From a virus (Duplodnaviria > Caudoviricetes): DNA of 64,000 nt. Made by a program: the position numbers and the translations under genes. This document shows positions 39,538 to 47,995 of this stretch, piece after piece; position 1 is the first letter of the stretch, and each line of letters starts with the position of its first letter. Under the pieces are notes generated by a model, which was not told the origin of the DNA, searched no databases, and was given only the letters and a program-made list of their open reading frames with translations. The stretch spans positions 748 to 64,747 of the IMG/VR virus record IMGVR_UViG_3300034101_003180; one strand, given 5' to 3'.

Positions 39538-39759
39538 TCAGTCCTGAATAAAATCTTTCTTTTTACAACACTTGGGCTTGGTGCAAGAGTTTCGCTCTCT
39601 TGCTTCATTTATAATCTTTGTATCTGCATCTTCCCAACCAGTCTTATATTCTTTCCAAAATGGATCCACTGAATAAATTGCTTGATTGGGAAGTTCACCA
39701 CCACTCATACGACAAGTAAAACCTTTGTCATAACCTTCACCGGGTTTATAACCACTCAT
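39538..39759 (-). CDS. Rmf/CrpP-fold-like small protein
   Basis: GYDKG......G.......Y......EYKTGWEDA pattern. Confidence 0.5.
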   Translation of the reverse strand: MSGYKPGEGYDKGFTCRMSGGELPNQAIYSVDPFWKEYKTGWEDADTKIINEARERNSCTKPKCCKKKDFIQD

Positions 39760-40160
39760 AAAACATCCTTTCCATCTACCTTAATATGATTAATAACCTT
39801 ATCCAATGCCTTAACGTGAGCATATTGCTCAGTGATTGCAAGGTAACCACGAATCTCAATTAGTTTGAGATATTCATCATGTGTAAATTGTACAACTTTA
39901 GATGGCTTTGGCTTTTGGCTTTTCTTTTGATGTTTATCACCAAATTTACCACTAACCTCTGGCTTCTTTGGATTATCAATATCATGAAAATTCATGTATT
40001 CTTGAAGATAATCCATGGGAGTTTGATTTTGAATCATTTTCTCCCACATCTTTCTCAATTCTTCTTTACTACCATTGAAATAGAAGAATCCATTCTTTGG
40101 ACGATAAATGTGGTCTGGATTGTTATATTCCTCAAACTCGTTGTTTTCAAAATTATCCAT
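39756..40160 (-). CDS. Hypothetical protein
   Basis: 134 aa, AAGGA RBS, ATGA overlap. Confidence 0.65.
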   Translation of the reverse strand: MDNFENNEFEEYNNPDHIYRPKNGFFYFNGSKEELRKMWEKMIQNQTPMDYLQEYMNFHDIDNPKKPEVSGKFGDKHQKKSQKPKPSKVVQFTHDEYLKLIEIRGYLAITEQYAHVKALDKVINHIKVDGKDVL

Positions 40161-40168
40161 ATATTCCT

Positions 40169-40465
40169 TTATTTGGTATCAAAAAACTGCTCGTATAAAA
40201 CTTTGCCAGTTGGATCTGTAACTGACATATAACGCACATGACGCTCAAGTGCATCATTTATATTTATAGCATCATTAGGACCAAAAGACAGATTCTTGAT
40301 CCATGCAGGACATCCACCCAAGGAAATACGAACTTCTACGCCAGTAGCGTTAGTTCCATAAAAATCAAAGGTGGACTTTTCACCATCATAATAAGTAAAG
40401 AAACAATCAATATTATCAAACTTTTTACGAACATCTGTGATGTTCATTTGAGTAGCATTAGCCAT
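40169..40465 (-). CDS. Hypothetical protein
   Basis: Start reassigned to MANATQ, overlapping the end of the upstream ORF. Confidence 0.6.
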   Translation of the reverse strand: MANATQMNITDVRKKFDNIDCFFTYYDGEKSTFDFYGTNATGVEVRISLGGCPAWIKNLSFGPNDAININDALERHVRYMSVTDPTGKVLYEQFFDTK

Positions 40466-40631
40466 TGGGCAATCTCTCTTGCTTGACAGACTTAGGAAGT
40501 TGGCCAATCCGGTCAAGCTCTCGGAGTGTACCAACCTTGGCGTTCATCAGGCTAGCAGCCCTTTGACGCTTTTGACGCTCATGCTTTCTCTTATGCTTAC
40601 GATTAGTAACGCGTTGTTTTGAATTAGGCAT
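40458..40631 (-). CDS. 57-aa highly basic protein (not in ORF track)
   Basis: MPNSKQRVTNRKHKRKHERQKRQRAASLMNAKVGTLRELDRIGQLPKSVKQERLPNG; perfect TTGACA-17-TATAAT 6 nt upstream. Confidence 0.7.
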   Translation of the reverse strand: MPNSKQRVTNRKHKRKHERQKRQRAASLMNAKVGTLRELDRIGQLPKSVKQERLPNG

Positions 40632-40643
40632 AGTTATATTATA

Positions 40644-40790
40644 TCACTTTCTTTGTTTATTGTCAAGTTTTTTCTTTAAATCCATGTTTTCAGCAGCCAG
40701 TTTTCCTGCAGCCACAGTAATCTCTCGGTTTACTTTTTGGAGTTCTTGGATTTGTTCTTTGAGTTTCTTGATTTCTTTTTCTTCTCGCAT
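40644..40790 (-). CDS. 48-aa coiled-coil protein (not in ORF track)
   Basis: MREEKEIKKLKEQIQELQKVNRE... Confidence 0.5.
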   Translation of the reverse strand: MREEKEIKKLKEQIQELQKVNREITVAAGKLAAENMDLKKKLDNKQRK

Positions 40791-40870
40791 CCAAAAATTT
40801 TCTCCCAATTTTCACAGTAAATTTTATAATTTACGGGTCTGTACGAATCACCTTTACCTGCGTTACTCAT
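40730..40870 (-). CDS. 46-aa small phage protein (not in ORF track)
   Basis: MSNAGKGDSYRP...Y.ENWEKIFG; TTGACA-16-TATTGT 6 nt upstream. Confidence 0.65.
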   Translation of the reverse strand: MSNAGKGDSYRPVNYKIYCENWEKIFGCEKKKKSRNSKNKSKNSKK

Positions 40871-40918
40871 ACCAATACAATAACTCAGACTAAACAAATG
40901 TCAAGTATAAATATTTTC

Positions 40919-41797
40919 ATGGACAAGAAAATTAAGAAATACTCATGGATTCACGAACTCAATGCAGCAGCCATGAAAGCCAAACTATTGAACGAAGCTG
41001 AGCAATATGCCAAGCATCAACAATTTTTGGCTGAACACACTAGATTAGAAGAAGCCAAAAAAGGAAATTATATTCAAAATCTTATGGATCTTTTAACCGC
41101 TGCAAAGGTAGAAATTGATCCTAAATCTAGAAGGCATGCTAATAAATTTAGAGAAGCCTTAGAAAAAGATGATCCAACAAAAACATCTATTTTGGATATT
41201 GAAGGTTTAGAAGATGAATCTGGAATGGGTTATCCCGATCCAAGTGGTGTTGAATCACTAAATCCAAATAATTCAGATATGGATGGTGACGGTCAAGGAA
41301 CAGCAAATGAAGTAGCAAGTGATGCACAAGATTGGGAAGCCGGGGATGGAGATACTACAACAGACTATGAAAATTTAGGAATGAGTGGTCCACCAACATT
41401 CCCCAATGTTGGTATGACCCCTTCACCATCTGCACCAGTTCCGCCTGCTAGATTTCCACCTAATATGTCTCCAAATGAAATAACAAGAACAGGAACTGAA
41501 GATGCTATTAACAGAGGTATAATTCCTCAAAGAAAAACCAGAAGATTACAAGATCTTCAAAATCAAATGGCTGTTGATGCTGCATTGCGTGCCAAAGGTC
41601 AAGCACAAAAAGAAGGAAAACTTCCAGCATCCGCAAATCAAACCGGAAGAGAAGCAGGAAAACAAGCAGTAAGAGATTTCAAATCCAATTTAGGACTTGA
41701 GGCTGCTGCAAGAGAAATTATGTCTCGTAATCCTGCCCAAGGTCCACGTCCAACAGAAGATGATTTGCGTAGAATGGGAAGAATTTTAGGCGGATAA
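40919..41797 (+). CDS. Disordered putative internal head protein
   Basis: TATAAATA 40906-40913 5 nt before ATG; LLNE/FLAE/LEE sites. Confidence 0.65.
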   Translation: MDKKIKKYSWIHELNAAAMKAKLLNEAEQYAKHQQFLAEHTRLEEAKKGNYIQNLMDLLTAAKVEIDPKSRRHANKFREALEKDDPTKTSILDIEGLEDESGMGYPDPSGVESLNPNNSDMDGDGQGTANEVASDAQDWEAGDGDTTTDYENLGMSGPPTFPNVGMTPSPSAPVPPARFPPNMSPNEITRTGTEDAINRGIIPQRKTRRLQDLQNQMAVDAALRAKGQAQKEGKLPASANQTGREAGKQAVRDFKSNLGLEAAAREIMSRNPAQGPRPTEDDLRRMGRILGG

Positions 41798-41799
41798 AA

Positions 41800-42912
41800 A
41801 TGATAAATGAATCAAAAAAATCATTAGAACCATTGCCAAGAGGGGCATCATATTTTACCAGTGATCCTAATAAAGAAGCAGCATATAAGGCTGCTGAAGA
41901 ATTATTATATCAAATCACGTCTAAGGTGCCCGAATCACAAATACAAGCAACAGCTGAAAATGCTAGAGAAGCACGCAGAAAAGCTGGCTATACTGTAGAT
42001 GATACTGTAGATAATAATGCTCCTGATAAAAGAATAAGTCCCGTATATTGGGTAACTCAAAATGATTTTAAGCAAGCATTTGGTAGAAATTATAACCCAA
42101 TGAATGAAACAGATCGCCAAGATTTCTTTTCATTGGTAAAGAATGCACCGGGAATGAGAAGAAGAACAGATGTTGCTGGTGCAGATTCTGGTGCCCCAAT
42201 TGCTTCAAGACAAAGACCGGAATTTATTCCAACATTTCAAGATGTCGATGGAGTCAAAGTTCCAGAATCTGCCTTGGGTTATACGGCAAAGGAACAAAAA
42301 AGAGCAAGAGATTTGGGTTTTAAAAGTATACAAGACTTCAAAGATGCTGAAAAATATGATGGTTCCTATAGTGACCAACCAAGGCGTCTTATTCAACAAG
42401 AGGTAGATAAAAATCTAGCCCTTGATAGGCAAATGAATTTATTGGGAATAAGCAGACAACAAATAAAAAAGCCTGGTGTGATGCCTTATTCTGAAAGACA
42501 ACCAAATCCTTTAGAAAATCAGGATAATTTATTAAAATTTGTTCAAACATTTGCACCAGAAACTTTAACACCAGAACAAAAATCAAAATTAAATTTACAA
42601 CCTAAAACTGACTCAGGTTCAATGCCTTATTCAGAAAGACAAGATAATCCATTCGATCAAAGTTTGGTAAATGGAGTACAAACTAGCAATAAAAATGCTG
42701 CAGATAAGATTACCGATAAGGTAGGTCAGTTTGTAAATATTGTTCCGTCATATGAACCAAGATCAGAATCGGAAACTATTTTTGATGCTCTAAGACAAAT
42801 AGAGAGACAAGACATAGAGAGAGAAATAAATAGAAATCTTAAATCTAAGAAAAGCCTACCATCTCAAGCAAGAAATTACTTGGATAGAGTTGTCTCAAAA
42901 AGAAAAGTTTAA
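41800..42912 (+). CDS. Hypothetical late protein
   Basis: MINE start; internal repeat MPYSERQ.NP twice. Confidence 0.65.
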   Translation: MINESKKSLEPLPRGASYFTSDPNKEAAYKAAEELLYQITSKVPESQIQATAENAREARRKAGYTVDDTVDNNAPDKRISPVYWVTQNDFKQAFGRNYNPMNETDRQDFFSLVKNAPGMRRRTDVAGADSGAPIASRQRPEFIPTFQDVDGVKVPESALGYTAKEQKRARDLGFKSIQDFKDAEKYDGSYSDQPRRLIQQEVDKNLALDRQMNLLGISRQQIKKPGVMPYSERQPNPLENQDNLLKFVQTFAPETLTPEQKSKLNLQPKTDSGSMPYSERQDNPFDQSLVNGVQTSNKNAADKITDKVGQFVNIVPSYEPRSESETIFDALRQIERQDIEREINRNLKSKKSLPSQARNYLDRVVSKRKV

Positions 42913-43142
42913 TTTAAATAAAGTCCGGTTAGACCATTTAAACCAGTTACCATAAATGATTGAACTGGTAAAATATTCATTCCAGATGTAAAATTTATAT
43001 TATATCGAAATGTATTTCCTTGGTCATTTACCAAATAAAAGGAAGCAGTTCCACCACCAGAGAATAAAAATCCTTTATGCTTTGGAATTCTATTTGTTGT
43101 TGAGGCTATAAATGTATTTCCGGTTTGATATTTGTCGTACAT
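42909..43142 (-). CDS. Small beta-rich late protein
   Basis: Behind palindromic late box. Confidence 0.55.
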   Translation of the reverse strand: MYDKYQTGNTFIASTTNRIPKHKGFLFSGGGTASFYLVNDQGNTFRYNINFTSGMNILPVQSFMVTGLNGLTGLYLN

Positions 43143-43150
43143 GTTATAAT

Positions 43151-43162
43151 TATTTATAAATA
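43151..43162. promoter_or_regulatory. Bidirectional late promoter TATTTATAAATA
   Basis: TATAAATA on both strands between divergent ATGs 43142 and 43166. Confidence 0.7.
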
Positions 43163-43165
43163 CTA

Positions 43166-43372
43166 ATGTATACGATGAGACATCTAAAAGAAGGAAATCT
43201 ATATAATATTGAGGATGAAGTTAAGGATAAAACTGATGCTTCTTTCACAGGTATTTCTAGACTTCAAATGGAAATTAGAAAACAAATCATAGATCAACTT
43301 CGAAGACAAAATGTTCCAAATATTGAAGAAGTAATAACAAAAACTTTTGGGCAAACTCTGGATCAAACATGA
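43166..43372 (+). CDS. Hypothetical protein
   Basis: 68 aa, ATGA overlap with next gene. Confidence 0.55.
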   Translation: MYTMRHLKEGNLYNIEDEVKDKTDASFTGISRLQMEIRKQIIDQLRRQNVPNIEEVITKTFGQTLDQT

Positions 43373-44136
43373 ACAAATCAAACTTTCAACTCCTTTCTGA
43401 AGATTTAGAAAAAGAAGTATTAGATTTACAAAAAGAAATTAAAAACAAAAAGCAATTGCTTGAAAAAGCACCAGATCCTAGTTTTGGAAAAGCAGATTAT
43501 AGCGCAGATTACAGTGTTCTACAACCAAACATAGGTGGTTTTGCTGGTTTTGGTGTAGGTGATGCAGCAAACCCCTCTGCAATCGTAATGAACCCAAATG
43601 TTCTTGCAGCAGCAAAGGGAAAAATTTTACCAGATGCAGATCCAAGAGTTGTAAAATATCAACCTTATTATTCGAATAATCTTGCAACTATGATGGGCTT
43701 AGGTGTAGATATGGCTACATTTGCAAGAGCCAAAGAATTTATGAATATGTATAGCCCTGTAGATGGTGGCGTTGCAGAAAAAGATGATCCAGAGCAAAGT
43801 GTTGCGTTAGATTGGAAAAGATTAAATAATGCTGTTTCTGCTCACAGCACACAAAGAATTAAAGAAAAATTATCACAAAATCATTTGTTTAATGGAAATG
43901 GCTCGGATCCTTATTCTCAAGGTGTACCCGATACATATCAAAGATTTGTTGTTGGCAAAAAAGCACAAAAAGCTGTCGAAGATACCGTCACCAACATTTT
44001 AGGAAAACCAAGTAAATCAAGAGGAAAAGATGTTACAGGTTATGTGAGACAACTTTCACAAGGTCAAAAAGAAAGAATGGGAAGTATGTGGTCTCAAAAT
44101 CCGGATCAATCAGGAAAAATTAAACTAGGAAGATAA
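43369..44136 (+). CDS. Putative internal head protein
   Basis: FQLLSE...QLLE N-terminus. Confidence 0.6.
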   Translation: MNKSNFQLLSEDLEKEVLDLQKEIKNKKQLLEKAPDPSFGKADYSADYSVLQPNIGGFAGFGVGDAANPSAIVMNPNVLAAAKGKILPDADPRVVKYQPYYSNNLATMMGLGVDMATFARAKEFMNMYSPVDGGVAEKDDPEQSVALDWKRLNNAVSAHSTQRIKEKLSQNHLFNGNGSDPYSQGVPDTYQRFVVGKKAQKAVEDTVTNILGKPSKSRGKDVTGYVRQLSQGQKERMGSMWSQNPDQSGKIKLGR

Positions 44137-44138
44137 AA

Positions 44139-45287
44139 ATGAACTACTTAACAAACTACTATAAGAATCTATCAGAACAATTACAAGAAAAATTAAATTA
44201 TTTAGAAACATATGTAAATTTTTTATCTGAAGATTTGGCATCCGGAACTATAGAGCAGGGTGCTGGACCAGGTGCTGGGGTTGGAACAGGGACCACAACA
44301 AATCAAAATAACGACTCTAATGATTTAAATGCTTTGCTTCAAGCATGGGGTTCTTCAAACCCTCAATTTGATTTGAACCGAGACGGTGTAGTTGATGGAG
44401 ATGATCTTGGATTGTTCTTGGCAAATATGCTTAACAGAGGACAATCATCACCAGTTGCTATGGCCAGCACCGCCTTACCCGGAACACCAGAAACTGAAAC
44501 TATTGGTGGGGGTGGTGGTCAAAAAGCAGGTAGAGCTGCCAAAGCCTTGGATCAACCTGGTCTTGCAAGTGGTAGAGTAGGAAGAATGTTTGACGTTGGT
44601 GCAGGTGCACCTGTTGGTGAAAAAAAAAATCAAACCCCGCCAAGGCTGAACCCCAAAACCCCGTATTCACCAGAAATAAGTCCATCAACCGCTAAATTTT
44701 CTCCAGCAATACAATCTCCAACACCCGGTAATATTGTAAACATCAAAGCAAAAGGAATGTCCTCTAATAAAAATAGAGGTGTTTCACAAGGAGATGTTGA
44801 AGGACCTAACAGAATGCCTCCAATGGTTAGACCAAAAACACAAGGAGGTTTGAGCACTAAAGTTTCCATGGGACCAGAACAATATACAAATTTTGATATT
44901 TCACAAGGAACTGGGGTTCCATCAAATAATGTAACAAAACCGGGTAGCGGATCACCACCTCCACCCTTTGACATAACTGGTGATGGTTTCGTTGATGCTA
45001 ATGATTCTGGTTTGATATTTGCAAACTGGGGGCCAGTAGATCCGGGAAGTCCTTATGATTTTAATCAAGATGGTTTCGTTGATGGTACTGATATGGGTCT
45101 GTTATTTGCAAACTGGGGGCAAGTAAATCAAGGTGGTGGTGGTGGTGCCGGTGAAACACCACCAGAAGAACAATCCGATCAACAAGGTTCTTCAGTTGAT
45201 CAAGAAAATGTTCCATATTGGATGAGTGGAAAAACAACAAAAATTGATACGGGATTCCGTTCAATGCAAAGAAGAAGAAAAAAATAA
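44139..45287 (+). CDS. Protein with three dockerin/EF-hand-like repeats
   Basis: DLNRDGVVDGDDLGLFLAN, DITGDGFVDANDSGLIFANWG, DFNQDGFVDGTDMGLLFANWG. Confidence 0.8.
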   Translation: MNYLTNYYKNLSEQLQEKLNYLETYVNFLSEDLASGTIEQGAGPGAGVGTGTTTNQNNDSNDLNALLQAWGSSNPQFDLNRDGVVDGDDLGLFLANMLNRGQSSPVAMASTALPGTPETETIGGGGGQKAGRAAKALDQPGLASGRVGRMFDVGAGAPVGEKKNQTPPRLNPKTPYSPEISPSTAKFSPAIQSPTPGNIVNIKAKGMSSNKNRGVSQGDVEGPNRMPPMVRPKTQGGLSTKVSMGPEQYTNFDISQGTGVPSNNVTKPGSGSPPPPFDITGDGFVDANDSGLIFANWGPVDPGSPYDFNQDGFVDGTDMGLLFANWGQVNQGGGGGAGETPPEEQSDQQGSSVDQENVPYWMSGKTTKIDTGFRSMQRRRKK

Positions 45288-45293
45288 TTTAAA

Positions 45294-45464
45294 TTACTTT
45301 AAAGATTTTAAGAACTCGTCAATTTTATTGACGAGTTCTTCTTTTTCTTTTGTCTTTTTATTATATTCTTTTTGAGTATCTTGGCCATCAGTTTCCATTC
45401 GACCAAGGCGATACATTACATGGCCATATTCATAGATCATTTCTTCAATGTCTTGTTTCTTCAT
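45294..45464 (-). CDS. Hypothetical protein
   Basis: Start reassigned to MKKQDIEE (ATGA overlap). Confidence 0.55.
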   Translation of the reverse strand: MKKQDIEEMIYEYGHVMYRLGRMETDGQDTQKEYNKKTKEKEELVNKIDEFLKSLK

Positions 45465-45820
45465 TGTCCGTGTTGATCCCGAATTTCCTTGTTCAAGTAG
45501 TATTCTTGACAATCAATATCTTCACGAAGACCACCAATTATAAGTCTGATTTGATCTTCGATAGCATAGACACGCTTACGTGCTTCGCTGTACATTTCAA
45601 ATGACTTGGTATCTTTCTTCAACTGTCTTTGGGCGTACATATACCCAGAATACTCTGCATAATAAGAAAGATCCTCAATCAAAATTCGATAAGGCTTATT
45701 CTTCAACTCCATGTAAAAATTATCATCTTTCTCAAGTGTGAGTGAGGAAAGAGAAAATCTATCAAACTCTGAAAGGGGAGTGGTTTCTTCTGACTTGGTT
45801 TTAATTTTCTTTTTAGGCAT
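45461..45820 (-). CDS. Hypothetical protein
   Basis: 119 aa in early operon. Confidence 0.6.
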   Translation of the reverse strand: MPKKKIKTKSEETTPLSEFDRFSLSSLTLEKDDNFYMELKNKPYRILIEDLSYYAEYSGYMYAQRQLKKDTKSFEMYSEARKRVYAIEDQIRLIIGGLREDIDCQEYYLNKEIRDQHGQ

Positions 45821-45822
45821 TT

Positions 45823-46140
45823 TTATGACTCCATGTTCTTGTAGGTTTCAATATCAATTTTCAATTCAGCATTCTCTTCTTCAAGTTCCTTAATTCTTGC
45901 TTTGAGTGCTTCGATTTCTCTAGTCATATTATTTTTTACATGATTAAAATCTGTTATTTGGCCATATGGAGATTTTAAGGATTTATTTTTAGGATACTTG
46001 CTTTTTTGACCATATGATTCAAAATCTTGATAATAATATGATAGAGCATCAACTTTATTCTTTGTCGGATCGTGTTCTAAATTTACATTTTCAACAATAA
46101 AGTTAAGATCTTCATCGGTTAGTTGAATTTCTTCATTCAT
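45823..46140 (-). CDS. Hypothetical coiled-coil protein
   Basis: Start MNEEIQ 6 nt after TTGACT-16-TATATT. Confidence 0.65.
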   Translation of the reverse strand: MNEEIQLTDEDLNFIVENVNLEHDPTKNKVDALSYYYQDFESYGQKSKYPKNKSLKSPYGQITDFNHVKNNMTREIEALKARIKELEEENAELKIDIETYKNMES

Positions 46141-46146
46141 ACAAAC

Positions 46147-46205
46147 AATATACTGCATGATTTAGCAAAGTCAAATCTTGACTATAAGTATTCATAGGCT
46201 ATACT
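46147..46205. promoter_or_regulatory. Divergent pair of sigma70-like promoters
   Basis: - strand TTGACT-16-TATATT; + strand TTGACT-16-TATACT ahead of tRNA cluster. Confidence 0.75.
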
Positions 46206-46214
46206 GTGTTCGTT

Positions 46215-46286
46215 GCGGGTGTAACTCAGTGGTAGAGTGCTAGCCTTCCAAGCTTGCTGTCGAGGGTTCAAGTCCCTTCACCCGCT
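46215..46286 (+). tRNA. trnG: tRNA-Gly(UCC), no CCA
   Basis: GCGGGTG/CACCCGC, CTTCCAA loop, TTCAAGT. Confidence 0.9.
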
Positions 46287-46301
46287 TTGACAATCGAATA
46301 T

Positions 46302-46446
46302 GCACGCTGTTCGGTATGACGAACTAGGATGAATGGCTGGCCAGCAGTCATCTGAAAAGAACTGTAGAGAGGTCCAATAACGGGTAAGTGAAGGCCGTAG
46401 CCTTCGCCTCTCCTTCTTCAAATGGGTTTAAGTCCCTCGGCGTGCT
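46302..46446 (+). ncRNA. 145-nt tRNA-like structured RNA
   Basis: 8-bp acceptor-like stem GCACGCTG/CGGCGTGC, T-arm-like GGG-TTTAAGT-CCC, several internal stems; inside tRNA cluster. Confidence 0.65.
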
Positions 46447-46453
46447 ACAAATT

Positions 46454-46525
46454 GCCACCTTAGCTCAATGGTAGAGCCTTGCTTTTGTAAAGCAGAGGTT
46501 GCGGGTTCGAATCCCACAGGTGGCT
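46454..46525 (+). tRNA. trnT: tRNA-Thr(UGU), no CCA
   Basis: GCCACCT/AGGTGGC, TTTGTAA loop, TTCGAAT. Confidence 0.9.
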
Positions 46526-46528
46526 TTG

Positions 46529-46610
46529 GCGAGTATACTCAAGCGGTCAACGAGGTCTGACTGTAAATCAGATGGCAAAGCCTACGGGAGTTCGAATCTC
46601 TCTGCTCGCA
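46529..46610 (+). tRNA. trnY: tRNA-Tyr(GUA), no CCA
   Basis: GCGAGTA/TGCTCGC, CTGTAAA loop, long variable arm. Confidence 0.9.
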
Positions 46611-46612
46611 TT

Positions 46613-47221
46613 ATGTACGATATCAATATCCCACATTTTTATTGTTTGTTAAGAAAAGAGCATCTTTACCAAAACAAAGATCATTTCTTTGAATATGAAA
46701 AGGTCGCAGTCTTTGGGGCACAATCAAGTGCTGGAAAGGCTTTGTTGTTTACAGTAATGTTGGATAACGGAACAATAAGAAGTAGAGTTCCAATTCATAT
46801 GTTATGCAGTAAAGAAGGCCCATCAGATCCATTAGATTACTTGCAACTTTGGGATTGTTTTTCTGAAAATGTTACAGTCACAACTTATAGTTTTTTAAAG
46901 GGTGCCAGAGCAAAAGTTATATTTAAAGATAAAAGCCACTCTTGGGGAAATTATAAAATGACATTTGATTGGTATGATAACCCATACAGCAACGAACCAT
47001 CTCAATACAAATGTCTTCACATGATTGAACTGGATAATGGAAATTATGCTCTACAACCAAACAATAGAATATTTTGGAAAGAAATGTCTTTCACAACCAA
47101 GCCATTTCCAGAAAAACCAGATTATAAAGTTGACACACAGGAGTATAGATGCGAGAATAAAAGCGATAGATGGATTATAAGTGATGATGATAATTATTAT
47201 TATGATATAAATCCTACATAA
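46613..47221 (+). CDS. Conserved-looking phage hypothetical protein
   Basis: NIP.FYC..RKE.LY, LQLWDCFS, LDNGNYALQPNNRI; start 2 nt after tRNA-Tyr. Confidence 0.75.
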   Translation: MYDINIPHFYCLLRKEHLYQNKDHFFEYEKVAVFGAQSSAGKALLFTVMLDNGTIRSRVPIHMLCSKEGPSDPLDYLQLWDCFSENVTVTTYSFLKGARAKVIFKDKSHSWGNYKMTFDWYDNPYSNEPSQYKCLHMIELDNGNYALQPNNRIFWKEMSFTTKPFPEKPDYKVDTQEYRCENKSDRWIISDDDNYYYDINPT

Positions 47222-47225
47222 TCAT

Positions 47226-47420
47226 GGTATTGTTGATATCGGATAGAAATGCATATGACACGGGAGTTCGAATCTCCCCGGATCCACTTTACGGGTCCGA
47301 CAGGCATCGATCAGTGCAGAGTATTGAAGAAGGAGATACCCGACACGGGTAACAAGTGTCGTAAATAAACAGTTGCAAATATAAAAGCCGCACCAATGCG
47401 GATGGCTGCTTAAAGCAGTG
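47226..47420 (+). ncRNA. ssrA: Circularly permuted two-piece tmRNA; tag ANIKAAPMRMAA*
   Basis: 3' half (GAC, T-arm, CGGATCC-A to 47286) precedes 5' half GGGTCCG (47293); G3:U70 pair; pk1-like element; tag 47375-47413. Confidence 0.9.
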
Positions 47421-47426
47421 GGGTTT

Positions 47427-47461
47427 CCCGGTTTTCCCGCGACTGAAAAACCGGGTTTTTT
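47427..47461 (+). terminator. Intrinsic terminator after tmRNA
   Basis: CCCGGTTTT...AAAACCGGG-T6. Confidence 0.8.
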
Positions 47462-47479
47462 ATTGCCATAAATATCTTC

Positions 47480-47992
47480 ATGCAGCACCCGAATGAGGGA
47501 TTTATTAGAAATTTTTTAGGCACCGACAAAGCCTACAAAGAACAACTATTAGCTGAAGAGAAAAAGCGAAGAGTTAATGAGTATTTTGCTTGTAAGAAAA
47601 ATAAGCAAAATATTCTTACAGAGCAAAGCAAAAATTCTATCAACAAAACTATTGAAAAAGTTTATTCAAATAGAAAATCAATTTCTTTGAATGAACAAAG
47701 AATAAATCCAAAGGAATGGAAGTTAATAAACACAGAATACGGTTTGTTTTATTATAATGAAAAACAAGATCTATGGATGAATACTTTTGGTGTTATTAAA
47801 AAATCAATTACAGAATTTATTCAAGTAATAGATTACAATGTAATTGATACCGATTCACCAAAAAGAAAAACACCAAATGCACCATCTAATTTCCAAGTTG
47901 AAATTTTAAATGAATTTGGTGATGTTAATTTAACTTGGAATGATAATTCTGATAATGAAAGTGGATTTGCAATTTATATAACTCAACAATAA
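47480..47992 (+). CDS. Late protein ending in the N-terminal half of an FN3 domain
   Basis: PNAPSNF...VNLTWNDNSDNESGFAIY then stop; CATAAATA upstream. Confidence 0.7.
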   Translation: MQHPNEGFIRNFLGTDKAYKEQLLAEEKKRRVNEYFACKKNKQNILTEQSKNSINKTIEKVYSNRKSISLNEQRINPKEWKLINTEYGLFYYNEKQDLWMNTFGVIKKSITEFIQVIDYNVIDTDSPKRKTPNAPSNFQVEILNEFGDVNLTWNDNSDNESGFAIYITQQ

Positions 47993-47995
47993 GTC

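Noticed and set aside
46302-46446. tRNA-Sec or intron-containing tRNA
   Set aside because: 8-bp acceptor fits Sec but there is no UCA anticodon loop; the insert is too short for a group I intron
47222-47488. 88-aa minus-strand ORF
   Set aside because: Antisense to the tmRNA and its terminator
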